Below are positions 13,341 to 24,094 of a stretch of DNA of 64,000 bases, piece after piece. The notes under the pieces were generated by a model that worked only from the letters and a program-made list of their open reading frames with translations, had not been told where the DNA came from and ran no database searches. Where the stretch lies: NCBI GenBank assembly GCA_043228905.1, contig JBHGNT010000011.1:17236001-17300000 (forward strand), in the 5' to 3' direction. This stretch comes from Azolla caroliniana (taxonomy: Eukaryota; Plantae; Polypodiophyta). Both the position numbers and the translations under genes were made by a program. The first letter of the stretch is position 1. The number at the start of each line of letters is the position of its first letter.

Positions 13341-14473
13341 TTTTAGACATTCTTGATGCAATTGTTTTGGCTGTTGTTGTCGATGTGCTGAATGGGATGT
13401 GTGGTGTCGTCTCCGTCTCTATGTAGCCGGGTCGATCCGGCGTTCCTAGGTCATGGAACCACTCTTGGTGTTACGTCATATGATGTGAGGTGAAGGAGTC
13501 GACGAACCACACGTCTTCCGAGTTGGAGCTGCTTGTGGAGTCGGACGTCGTCATAGAGTTCACTCTATGTCTCATTACGAATAGCCCACCGCATTCGGAG
13601 TTGGTGGCGTTGTCGAGATATTACGCAAGTGCGTGTGGGAACGAGGCGGGACCGCGGGGGTCTCGAACCAAAGAGCAAGCGAGGGAGGAGAAAGAGAGAG
13701 AACCTGCTACGCAGGACCGGGGATACACAGGGACACGGCCCTTCAGCACGGAGAACGCGAACAGACACCGACACTGACAGATGCGAATGACTAAATACGT
13801 ATATTAACAAAATGGCTAACACGACTACAACCCTCGATGGGGCACAGGTTGGTTACAACCGAACAGGCCGGCGAACAGATGCTGATGCTTGTTCGCTTCG
13901 ACGCACAAAGGGGGTAGCAGGTCGGAGGTGCTGCCGGAAGCACTCGGGCGTTCCTCGAAACAGCGCGAGCCTCCTCGGAACCCTGCACAGAAAGCTATGG
14001 AGCTCAAGAAGGAAGGAAACAGAGAGAGAAGCGTCCAGAAACGGTCCGACAGCACTTCGTCCTCTCTGCGCGAGATGCCTGCAATAGCTCTTTCCTGCTC
14101 CTTATATAGGCCGACGAGCAGGCCGTCATGTCAGCTTTATTCCCTGTCCCTTTCGAACAGGGATCCGCTCCGTTCTTCACGCATCCGCGTAGTTACGCCG
14201 CCGACTCGTACAGTTCCTTAGCTCGCGCGCGCGACCGAAAAGACTGTTCGCGCGGTCTTTGTCTCCACTTGTGTTAGGGCCCGTTCCTGCCGATTATCCT
14301 CCTAATTCGCTTCTATGTACAACTTGGAGCGTGCGCGCGTGAAGAACCGGTTCCCACGCCTTGGTGCGCCGATTCCGCTTATGGACGGTTTTCTTCACGA
14401 CATCCGCCCCCACCTAACCGCGCATCCTCCGGTATGCGCCAAGAGAGTTGGGACGGAGAAAACCGGCCCGTCT

Positions 14474-17400
14474 TCATTCCTCGCCCGTCGGTTCTTCCTC
14501 GTTTTCGGATCGTTCGTCACTGCTGACTAGGAGAGCCGGGTCTGGCTCGTCGTCGTGTCGCTTCTTGAACACTTTGATCCGCTTCCCTGCAACCGGTATC
14601 GCCATTCTCGTGCCGTCGAGTTCCGCCAGGTGATATGTCCCGTTGTCATTGGCACTCCGTACCACGTAAGGCCCGAACCACCTTCGTGCGAACTTCCGTG
14701 TAGCTCGGTGCTGGTTGTCGAGGCTGCTGTCGTAGACAAGCACCCAGTCACCTTCTTCGATTTTCTTCGGTCGGAGCCGGTGCGTTCGGTCGAACCTGGC
14801 TTTGTTCTTCGTCCTCGCCACTCGGAGCTTCTCCGCAGCCAGTTCCACGTCCTCCGGTCTCCGCTCGAGCTGTCGTATACGCGCGGCCAACAACTCCTCC
14901 CGGCTCATCTCGTCCCTCCAATCGACCGTTGCCCATGAGGAGATCGTCCGTTCCATCGGCATGATCGGCTTCTGGCCGAACATAAGCTCCGTCGGCATGT
15001 ACCCGGTTACCGAACTGTGCGTGGTCCGGTCTGCCCACAAAGCATAAGGTAGCAGCCGCGGCCAGTTACCGACTCGGCCTCCACATGCCCGAACCAACGC
15101 CTTGACGATCGGTCCGTGTCCGCGCTCCACCTTTCCATTCGCCTCCGGATTGTACGCAGTGGTGAGCGAGAGCTTGACTCCCAGCCGGTCGAACAGCTCC
15201 GCGGCTTCTTCGGCGTCCAACTCCCCTCGGTCAGCCACGATCTTCCCGACGCACCCGTACCGGCATATCACGTCCTCGATTAGGAACCGACATACGGCCG
15301 CGGTCGTTTTGTTCGGAAGGGCCCGGCCTTCCACCTGGTTCGTCAGATCCTCCCGCGCTAGGACCAGGTACCGCATCTGTCCTACTCCCATTGGCATCGT
15401 TACCAGATCTACCGTCCATTTGAAATGGATGGCCGGAGGGTACGTAGGGTGAAGCTCGTCTCGATGTCGGACTACGGAGTGCATCTGACAGCTCTCGCAA
15501 GTTGTCACGAACCGATGCACGTCCTGGTACTGCCCCGGCCACCAATACTTCCCCTTCAGTTTCTCAAACGTAGCCCATGTTCCACGGTGTCCAGCCCAAG
15601 GGCTATCGTGGTAGGCCGCTAGCAGCTCCTCCTGATCTTCCTTCATTGCCACCACCCGGAGCGGGACGCCGTTCCTCTTCTTCGGGTGCTTCCACAAGTA
15701 TCCATCCCGGAGAAAGAACCGGTACGCTTTCTTCCGGATCCGGTTGGCCTCGTCCTTCGTCCATGACGCATCGGGCGTCATTGTCTTCAAAAACCCACCG
15801 ATCTGCAGCCACTCCCCGTCGTACTTGCTCGCGTCGAAGTCGCTAAGCGCCGGAGTGCTTGTTCCGTCGGTTGTTACAAACGCAGTCTCGAAGAAGTCCA
15901 CGCCGACCTCTTCGTCCTCCGAAACCATGCCTTGTCATCGAATCTCGCCCTTGAAAGCATGTCGGCTATGGCGTTGTCTTTCCCGGAAATGTGTCGTATT
16001 TCCGGGTCCAGGGACTTGATGTACGCTATCCACCTGAGCATTGCCAGGTTCGGCGTCGCGCATCCGGAAACCATGCCGAGAATCGGCATGCAATCCGTCT
16101 CTATGATTACCTCTGTCCCGATCAGATAGTCCTTGTCGGCCTTCACCGCCGAAACGATACCCCAGAGTTCGCGTTTAACCTGGGCGTATCCTCGTTGCCG
16201 CTCACTGAGGACCTTCGCGCCGAATCGGATCGGAAACCGATTGCCGTCCTCGTCTTCTTGGTTGACGACCCACCCGATTCCGGTCGGACTCGTGTCAACC
16301 GTTATGTACACTGGGGTGCCCTTCCTGTAGACGGCCTTTCGGAGCGCCGGTGCTGCCGAAAGAGCCTCCTTCAGCTTCCGGACCGACTCGTGTGCTTGTC
16401 TACCCATTCGAATCTTCGCCCTTTCTTCAATAATCCGTATAGCGGCTCCGCAACGTGGGCGTAATGCGGGATCCATATGTGGTAGAATGCGCATGCCCCC
16501 AGGAATCTCCGTACTTCCGTGACCGAGCTGCAGTCGAGCTTCATCGCGGAGATGGCTTCTACCTTTGCCGGAGACGGTTTCCGGCCATATGGCCCACATA
16601 AGTGTCCGACCACCATGATTTCCGACTGCCCGAAGGCTGATTTCTCCCCCGAGAAGGTGAGCCTCGCATCCTCTAGCCTTTGCAGCACCTTCTCGCAGTC
16701 GTCGATGTGCGTCATCACGAATTGCCGGCATCCGTTCGGCCCGATCGTCTCGTCCTTCTCTTCTACCGGGCATCCCTTGATCGGGATGTCGTCTAGAAAC
16801 GGCATGGTGATGTCCGGGATGCAGTCCCTCAGCACCTTGTTCATTGCATTCACCATGTGGGCCACCGAGTTGGTCCCTCCTTGCGGCAGCGTACACATCC
16901 GCACTAGGCCGAGGGGAGTTCGCATCGTCGTAATGTCTCTGCTCTCCACGGCTAGCTGGAACTGGTCGTACCCTGAGTATAGATCACCGACCGAGTAAAT
17001 CGACCTTCCGGCGAAGGCCTCCGCGAACTCGTCTATGGTCGGTCCGATCCCTGCGTTCCGAATGGTCACTCTATTGACCGGCTGCAGGTCCTGAATGAAG
17101 CGCAACGATCCGTTTTTCTTTGGTACGGTAAACCATCGGTTTGAATACGGGGCGCTCGACGGCTCGAGAATGCCCATATCAACTTTCTGCTTCAACAGCT
17201 CCATCAACTTCGGGATGTGAGCTCTCGGAACCGGAATTGGCTTGAGATTCCACGGTACATGCGGTACCGTGAATATCACCATCGGCTCTACGATCGTCGG
17301 GTCTACGCACCAGCTTTCCTCCGGTGAGAATGCGAAGGCTTTCCCGTGCCTTCCGAGCATTCTCCGAAACCGGTCTTCCTCCGCCGGTAGTAGGAACCCG

Positions 17401-17957
17401 CCCCCACCGATTTTGAGCTCCCGGAGCGTCTCGTTGGTGAAGGTGTGTCCTATGCAGGCCGGATCTCGTAAGCTGGGGTCCGATGCAACCCCTTTGATTC
17501 GCGACTCGCTGCCCTCCGGTAAGGGCACCGCAACTGGCCTCACCTTCCGGTCCACAGTCTTGTACTTGGTGCTAACTCGGGCCGTCCGTTCCGACTCGAG
17601 CCCTCGACCGAAGTCCGCGATGACTTCGTACATTTCTTCGGAACATACCGGTATCGTCCGGTCTTCGTTAAGGTCTTCTTCGACTACCTTCCCCAGCATT
17701 CCCAAGGTGTCGTCGAAGGAGACTACCTCCACGGCTCCGTTGATTTCTTCGTCAGGGCCGAGAACTCCGCACGCTCGAAGTCTCCCCTCCGTCTTTGTTT
17801 TCTCTCGGCCGGCGATGCCGACCATCGTACATGCTCCGCTGTCGGAGAAGCAAAATTTCCTACCTATTGTACACGGTTTTATCGTACAGATGTGGGGTTT
17901 TCCCGGAGCATCCGGACTGTCGCGGCCCCACGCCTTGGCAGTCCTCTCTAAAAATCC
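14474..17957 (-). pseudogene. pol: Pol (RT, RNase H, integrase) of the gypsy element, with two frameshift lesions
   Basis: RT: LPQGGTNS, FLDD. RNase H: TVDTS, RELW, ETDC, ADMLSR. Integrase: HHCC, DDE, GPY motif. Frame breaks near 16390 and 15930. Confidence 0.92.
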
Positions 17958-20101
17958 TCTCGGTTTTCGGAACCGAGGGAGTCGCGGTTACGTTCGTGGT
18001 TCGGCCGTACCGTCAGAAACTGGACCGAATGGCGCCCGTCTTGGCTTTTGACCCTCGCGTAGGCCGAACCATTGTCCAGCACCTTGGTCTCCATTCGCGC
18101 CGCCGTGATGTACGGCTCTCCCAGTATGACCGGATGCGAAGACGTCTCCTGCACGAAGAAGTGCTGGTCAATCTCGACGTCGCCGATCTTGACTCGCACA
18201 TTCGGACAGGCCTCGTGCAGTTCCTCGGTGGCGCGCATTGCTGCCCTTATTTTCCACCCGTGCTTGGTGTTGATCGGCCATTTGCCCTTCTTATAGAAGT
18301 CCATGGACATCAAATTGATCTCCGATCCGTGGTCCACCAAAGCTATCACCGGTTCCTGAACATCGCCGATCTTCACCGGGGTTTCCGTGGTCGCTCGGGC
18401 CCAGTGTGGTCTCGAATAGTGGCTTTCCGCCCACTCGTCTCCCAGCGTCATGTCGTCTAGGTGCGTCGTCCGCACTTCCACCGGTCTTTCCAGTTCTGTC
18501 TCCGTTGACAGCCTCTTCCGTTTCACCAAGTCCACGATGGAGTCGTGGAACTCCTTCTTGGCGATTCCCAGCACCTCTCGTAACGACAGTTCCACCTTGT
18601 TGTCGAGGATCCGTTCCTCCAGGACCTTTCGTAAGTCCGTGGTCCTTTCTATCTCCGTCCCCAGACGGTACCCGCCCTTCTGGGGTTTATCTTGCGTACC
18701 AGCCCCGCCGGCTTCGTCCCGTCGTGGCCCGGACCGGGTCTCGTATCGTTGTGAGGGCCCGGTCGTCCCGGGTTTCCCCACCCGCTTCTCTTCTACCAGA
18801 GCCTCGTAGTTCTGGCAAGCGGCTTCCATGAAGCCCGTCTTTTCCTCGACCGGGTCGCTCCACCCGGTCATCTCCCGTACCCGTTTCTCCGCACGGTCCG
18901 ATTCCTCCCTTTTAAGCCTTGCACCGGCAAGGCCTTCCAGCATCGTCGGCCAGAATCCGGCTTTGCTTTCCCTTCGGGTCTCGCCGCCCCCGACTCGAAT
19001 GCCGGCCGACGCCGAGTAGTGGACGGTTTCCGCGTGTCGGGCCGCCGCCTCTTCCATCAACCTTTTCATACCACCTCGCCTGTCGTTTCGGCTCAGGGCC
19101 CTTCGGGTGTCGCTGGCATGCACCCGTCCTTCCCACAGGTACACCACCCTGTTCCTCAGCGCCTCCGCGAAGTCGCCGCAGTCCTTCCGAATGTGGCCGA
19201 CTTCATCGCACCACATGCACCTGTTTCCTGCCGCCGGCCGTCGGTCACGAGCCGGTTCGCCACCTTCCCTTCGGGCCTGCGCGATTTGGAGGTCCTTTAT
19301 CGCCCTCGTCAATTCCTCCAGCGCCGCTCCTCCGGTTGAGCCTCTGACTACGCCGGTCGAAGCCGAACCGGTTTCCAACCACTCTCGGGTCTCTTCCTTT
19401 CGCACCTGTGGCGCTGGTTCGAGCTTCCTTGCTGCGACCGAGCCCGACCCGGTTGCCCCGTTATCCACCCATTCTCGCCGTTTGTCGAAACGGCCACAGA
19501 CTTTCTTGACAGCCGCCCAGTCGGTAGTGAGCCCGTCTTCGGTTTCCAGCAAGAGGCCCACTTGCTCCCGATCCCGCTCGTCGACCGACTTGACAAACAG
19601 CAAGACCCGGCTCGTGTCCAGGATGGTTCGGTCGAGCGCCGAAAGGCGCGCAAAGTTTTCCTCGAACTCCCGGAGGAGTGCCGACGCGTTTCTTCCCTTC
19701 CCCGGGGACTCCACCCATTCCATGAACCTTCGCTTCGAAAGCCGGAGCGCGTCGTCCAGCCCGTATTTCTCTAGGAGCCGACCTTCGAACTCCTCCCAGG
19801 TACGGCTCTCCGCCCGCACCTCGAGCACCTCCGCATGGATGCTCGGCATCGCCACTCGGGGAAATCCGGCAAGACGCCTTTCTTCCGGAATGTCCTGCAT
19901 CAGCATCTCTGCACCGTAGGACGCCAAATACTTCGTGGCATCCTTCCCATCGAACCGGCCGATCGTGCCGACGACCGCCTCAATAGCTCTGTCGAGGGCA
20001 CCGGTGCCCTCGCGCGCGTTTACAATCCGATCCACGGCCGAAGCCATGGCCTCTGCAAGATCCGACCCCCTCATCTTCTGCTCTTCTGCCGCCTCCTTCA
20101 C
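17948..20101 (-). CDS. gag: Gag-protease polyprotein of the gypsy element
   Basis: 717-aa ORF with Zn knuckle CMWCDEVGHIRKDC, aspartic protease ALVDHGSEINLM and VILGEP. The first ATG is a few codons inside the listed ORF. Confidence 0.9.
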   Translation of the reverse strand: MKEAAEEQKMRGSDLAEAMASAVDRIVNAREGTGALDRAIEAVVGTIGRFDGKDATKYLASYGAEMLMQDIPEERRLAGFPRVAMPSIHAEVLEVRAESRTWEEFEGRLLEKYGLDDALRLSKRRFMEWVESPGKGRNASALLREFEENFARLSALDRTILDTSRVLLFVKSVDERDREQVGLLLETEDGLTTDWAAVKKVCGRFDKRREWVDNGATGSGSVAARKLEPAPQVRKEETREWLETGSASTGVVRGSTGGAALEELTRAIKDLQIAQARREGGEPARDRRPAAGNRCMWCDEVGHIRKDCGDFAEALRNRVVYLWEGRVHASDTRRALSRNDRRGGMKRLMEEAAARHAETVHYSASAGIRVGGGETRRESKAGFWPTMLEGLAGARLKREESDRAEKRVREMTGWSDPVEEKTGFMEAACQNYEALVEEKRVGKPGTTGPSQRYETRSGPRRDEAGGAGTQDKPQKGGYRLGTEIERTTDLRKVLEERILDNKVELSLREVLGIAKKEFHDSIVDLVKRKRLSTETELERPVEVRTTHLDDMTLGDEWAESHYSRPHWARATTETPVKIGDVQEPVIALVDHGSEINLMSMDFYKKGKWPINTKHGWKIRAAMRATEELHEACPNVRVKIGDVEIDQHFFVQETSSHPVILGEPYITAARMETKVLDNGSAYARVKSQDGRHSVQFLTVRPNHERNRDSLGSENREDF

Positions 20102-22153
20102 GTCGGGTTCACCAAAGATGTCGAGATATTACGCAAGTGCGTGTGGGAACGAGGCGGGACCGCGGGGGTCTCGAACCAAAGAGCAAGCGAGGGAGGAGAA
20201 AGAGAGAGAACCTGCTACGCAGGACCGGGGATACACAGGGACATGGCCCTTCAGCACGGAGAACGCGAACAGACACTGACACTGACAGATGCGAATGACT
20301 AAATACGTATATTAACAAAATGGCTAACACGACTACAACCCTCGATGGGGCACAGGTTGGTTACAACCGAACAGGCCGGCGAACAGATGCCGATGCTTGT
20401 TCGCTTCGACGCACAAAGGGGGTAGCAGGTCGGAGGTGCTGCCGGAAGCACTCGGGCGTTCCTCGAAACAGCGCGAGCCTCCTCATAACCCTGCACAGAA
20501 AGCTATGGAGCTCAAGAAGGAAGGAAACAGAGAGAGAAGCGTCCAGAAACGGTCCGACAGCACTTCGTCCTCTCTGCGCGAGATGCCTGCAACAGCTCTT
20601 TCCTGCTCCTTATATAGGCCGACGAGCAGGCCGTCATGTCAGCTTTATTCCCTGTCCCTTTCGAACAGGGATCCGCTCCGTTCTTCACGCATCCGCGTAG
20701 TTACGCCGCCGACTCGTACAGTTCCTTAGCTCGCGCGCGCGACCGAAAAGACTGTTCGTGCGGTCTTTGTCTCCACTTGTGTTAGGGCCCGTTCCTGCCG
20801 ATTATCCTCCTAATTCGCTTCTATGTACAACTTGGAGCGTGCGCGCGTGAAGAACCGGTTCCCACGCCTTGGTGCGTCGATTCCGCTTATGGACGGTTTT
20901 CTTCACGACAGCGTAATTTGTGAGTTGTCGGCTTGTTGAAGCCGACTCGCTTCTCTTTTTCCGACACTTCTCTTTGTGGTGGCCGATTTTGCCGCAATAA
21001 TTGCAAGTAATGGGCCACATTTGCCAACCTTGTTCGGCATGGAAGCTCCCCCTTCTTCCGAAGGTTCCTCGATGGCTTCTGTCTTGCTGTTGAAGGTTTG
21101 AGTTCCCTTCGTTCGATGGGTCAAATCGACCTCTTCTACCGCCTCAACCTCGTCCTCGGCCACCATCCGAATCCAAGAAGAACATTTTTGCTTCCTACAT
21201 CTTGGTCTTGGTTCGGATGAGGTTCTCTTTTACCAATAACATTGATTGGAGGTTGAAGTACAAAGGAGGGTTTTCCCTCGCCAAGATTGCCATCCTCAAC
21301 GAGTCGAATCCTTGTGTGAGGCCACCCAAGCATACTTAACCATCTCGTCTTCGTCGACGTTTATGTTGATGGAGCCAAGCGAGTCACAAATGCTCTTTAT
21401 CTTGGCGGTGTAGTCCGACACAGACATATCTTTTTGTCGTATGTTGTTCAACTCTTGCCGAAGTTGAAGCTTGCGTGCCGATGTATTGGCGGCGAAAATC
21501 TTCTTGAGATTCTCCCACGCCTCTTTAGGCGTCTCGACGTCTCGAATGTGGCTAAGCATGTGGTCATGGACACATGTTGCCAAAAAATACATTACCCGAC
21601 TTGCTCCTTGCTCCCACGTTGGGTAGTTGGCGTTTGTGATGTCGGGTTTGGTTTCGAGTGCGTTGTTGATGTAGCTCCAATACCCTTGGCCGACTAGGTA
21701 TTGGTTCATCTTGTACTCCCAAGATGAATAATTGCTCCGGTCTAGCTTTTCACTAGGGAGCGAGCTACCCATTTCTATGTTCATGTTTATTAGTGTCTTC
21801 TCTTCTTTTTCTTCTTTAGTTTTTCTTCCTTCGATCACGTACCCGTGCTACGTAGCAGCACTACAATAGCAGATAGTCAGATTTGTCGTCGGCGTTGTGA
21901 ACACACAATCACGAAGAGTCGGGTGGGCTTAGTGAATGTGCTAAACCACACACTCTAATACCATGTTAATAATTAGGTAATTAAGCAAGGGTTAATTAGT
22001 ACCTAATTATGTGATTAAGTTAAGCAGCGAAAGATTATGTGATATGTGTGTGTATGTGTGTGAGAGGAAGAGAGAGAGGAAATTATACTTATGAACAATA
22101 TAAAATGGGGGATGCTTAATGAGAGTGTACTATATTAAATGTACTTGGGAGTG

Positions 22154-22239
22154 TTGTTCTTCTCACCGAAATAGCCATCAATTTTTGTATTGCTTATGAT
22201 TTTATAATACCAAGGTGTATCTTTTGTTTCAAAAAAAAA
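22154..22239 (+). mobile_element. Short poly(A)-tailed retroposed insert in the copia LTR
   Basis: Flanked by 17-bp direct repeat AAATGTACTTGGGAGTG (22137-22153, 22240-22256). Ends in an A-run. Confidence 0.8.
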
Positions 22240-23275
22240 AAATGTACTTGGGAGTGGAGGATCTAGAATATCTCACTTAAGTACAAGGTCCTATTTAAGG
22301 ATTTACGGTCAACACACTAACTAGATTGTATCTAGGTAACTACTAAGTTACGTGGTTGACTAACTAACTAAATCTAGTTGAGCTTGATATCTCAACACTT
22401 CTCCTCCACATTATCATTGAACTCTACATATGTTATGATGTATCATCATTATCAAGTAGCGCATCCCCTTAGTGTATGGTTAGCATTTTCATGAAATGTT
22501 GTCAAATATAGATAATCTCCTTTGCCTTGTCTTAACCGTGATTTGATGGAGGATTGTTCACCAAAATATGTAGTTATGGTGGATGGAGTTATGAAGACAC
22601 TTTTAGAATTTTAGAAAAAATATGTTTTTACATAGATGCATAGATTTCATCAATTATCTTTTCATATTAGTTGTAGCTTGGCCAAATTGGAGTTAGTGTA
22701 AAACAACTTTGATACATTACATCTTCTTTTCCAAATACATTTAACTTTTTGGGGTTGTTTTTTTCTTACTTGCTTTTTTGCGTTTGGCGCCTTTGTCTCT
22801 CTCTCTCTCTCTCTCTCTCTTGCTCTAACGGCTCTCTCTATCGTTGTCGTCGCCGTCGTCTGCAGCCGTTGTCTGCAGCCGCTGCAACCGTCGTCGTCTG
22901 CTCTCTCTCTCTCTCTCGCTCGCTTCCTCGTCTCTCTCTGTCGCCGGCTAGTGTCGTCGCCGTCGTCGTCGTCGTTGCTGCCGTTATCTGCAGCCGTCGC
23001 CGTCTGCCACCATGCAGTCGTCCACCGTCTTCTGCTGTCTGCTGCCGTCGTCTACCGTCGTTTGACGACTGCCACCGTCACCGTCGCCGTCACGGGGTGT
23101 TTTCTTCTCCGTTCTTGATGTGGTGAAGTACCCTTTTCTCGACGAGTTCGTGGGTGGGTTCTTTTGGTGTGCTCGTCCCGTGCTACAAAATGCCGATGTG
23201 ATTGCGACACACACACAAACTCGGCTAAGTCTCGAACCCATTTATTTTACCCTTTTTTTTCTTATTGACACCACA

Positions 23276-24088
23276 ATGACGTCTAGACGGACTAAGGAAC
23301 TTAAGGATATACAAGACGAGGCTATAAGTAAGGAGGACTTTTTAGATATGTTTAATCGTTTAACAAAAATAGAGATGGATATGAAAAAATGGGTGAAAGA
23401 CACCAAAACCTACAAGAAAAAAGATAGAGAGGAAAAAGACGCCCTCAAGGCCGAAATAGAACAACTTAAAGTAGAAAACATCGACCTTAAAAAACAACTT
23501 AAGGACATCGAGGTATCTCGAGAAGACGGTGAAATATCCTCTATAGAGGATATAAAGGACGAAATTAAAAAAGTTAAAGAGGAAGTTAATAATAACATAG
23601 AGTTAGCTAAAACGGGTTGGGTAGATGTGGTTAAAAGAAACATTAAAAAAGAAATAAAAGATGAAAATATTGTTAACACCACCCTTGAAGAAGAGAAAAT
23701 GCGTCAGGCCCGACGCTTAAATGTACGTGTCACTGGGCTCAAGGAAGGTGCATCCCCAAATGAGGACGCACAAACACTTGGGAAAATGTTAGGGTACACA
23801 GAGGCCCTACCTATCACCAAACCATGGAGGGCCGGGCGTGACACAACTAGGAAGAGAGCCTTAGTCCTTCAATTTAAAGACTTAGACTCTAGAATCACTT
23901 TCTTTAAGAAGAGACCAATCCTTCGAGGAATGGATGGGGACCCCATCTATCTCGATGAAGACCTCACTAAGATGCAAATTGAGCACCGCAAGAGTTGTAT
24001 GCCACGAGTTATGCAAGCTCGTAAAGAAGGCCATCGCGCCTTTTACCGAGACGGGCGAGTGATCATAAATGATCGCACTACTAACTGA
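23276..24088 (+). CDS. LINE ORF1 protein (coiled coil plus RRM-like domain)
   Basis: Open frame from ATG 23276. Heptad-rich N-half followed by R..N..V.GL.E and IYLDEDLT motifs typical of LINE ORF1p. Confidence 0.8.
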   Translation: MTSRRTKELKDIQDEAISKEDFLDMFNRLTKIEMDMKKWVKDTKTYKKKDREEKDALKAEIEQLKVENIDLKKQLKDIEVSREDGEISSIEDIKDEIKKVKEEVNNNIELAKTGWVDVVKRNIKKEIKDENIVNTTLEEEKMRQARRLNVRVTGLKEGASPNEDAQTLGKMLGYTEALPITKPWRAGRDTTRKRALVLQFKDLDSRITFFKKRPILRGMDGDPIYLDEDLTKMQIEHRKSCMPRVMQARKEGHRAFYRDGRVIINDRTTN

Positions 24089-24094
24089 CGGCGT

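Larger units (their letters stand above)
13611..20910 (-). mobile_element. Full-length young Ty3/gypsy LTR retrotransposon (non-chromovirus)
   Basis: Two 792-bp LTRs (13611-14402, 20119-20910) with ~8 differences by eye. 4-bp TSD GCGT. PBS TGGTGAACCCGACGTGAA. PPT AGGTGGGGGCGGA. Order gag-PR-RT-RH-INT. Confidence 0.97.
13365..22397 (-). mobile_element. 3'-truncated Ty1/copia element (5' LTR, PBS, gag, protease), split by a gypsy insertion
   Basis: LTR 21964-22397 (TG..CA). PBS TGGTATTAGAG (tRNA-iMet type). UBN2-type gag (KLDRSNYSSWEYKM). Zn knuckle CNYCGKIGHHKEKC. Protease WFVDS..SHHMT continues left of 13610. Confidence 0.85.

Noticed and set aside
13490-20729. Many long plus-strand ORFs over the gypsy element
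   Set aside because: Antisense shadows of GC-rich gag/pol and LTR sequence with no recognisable domains.
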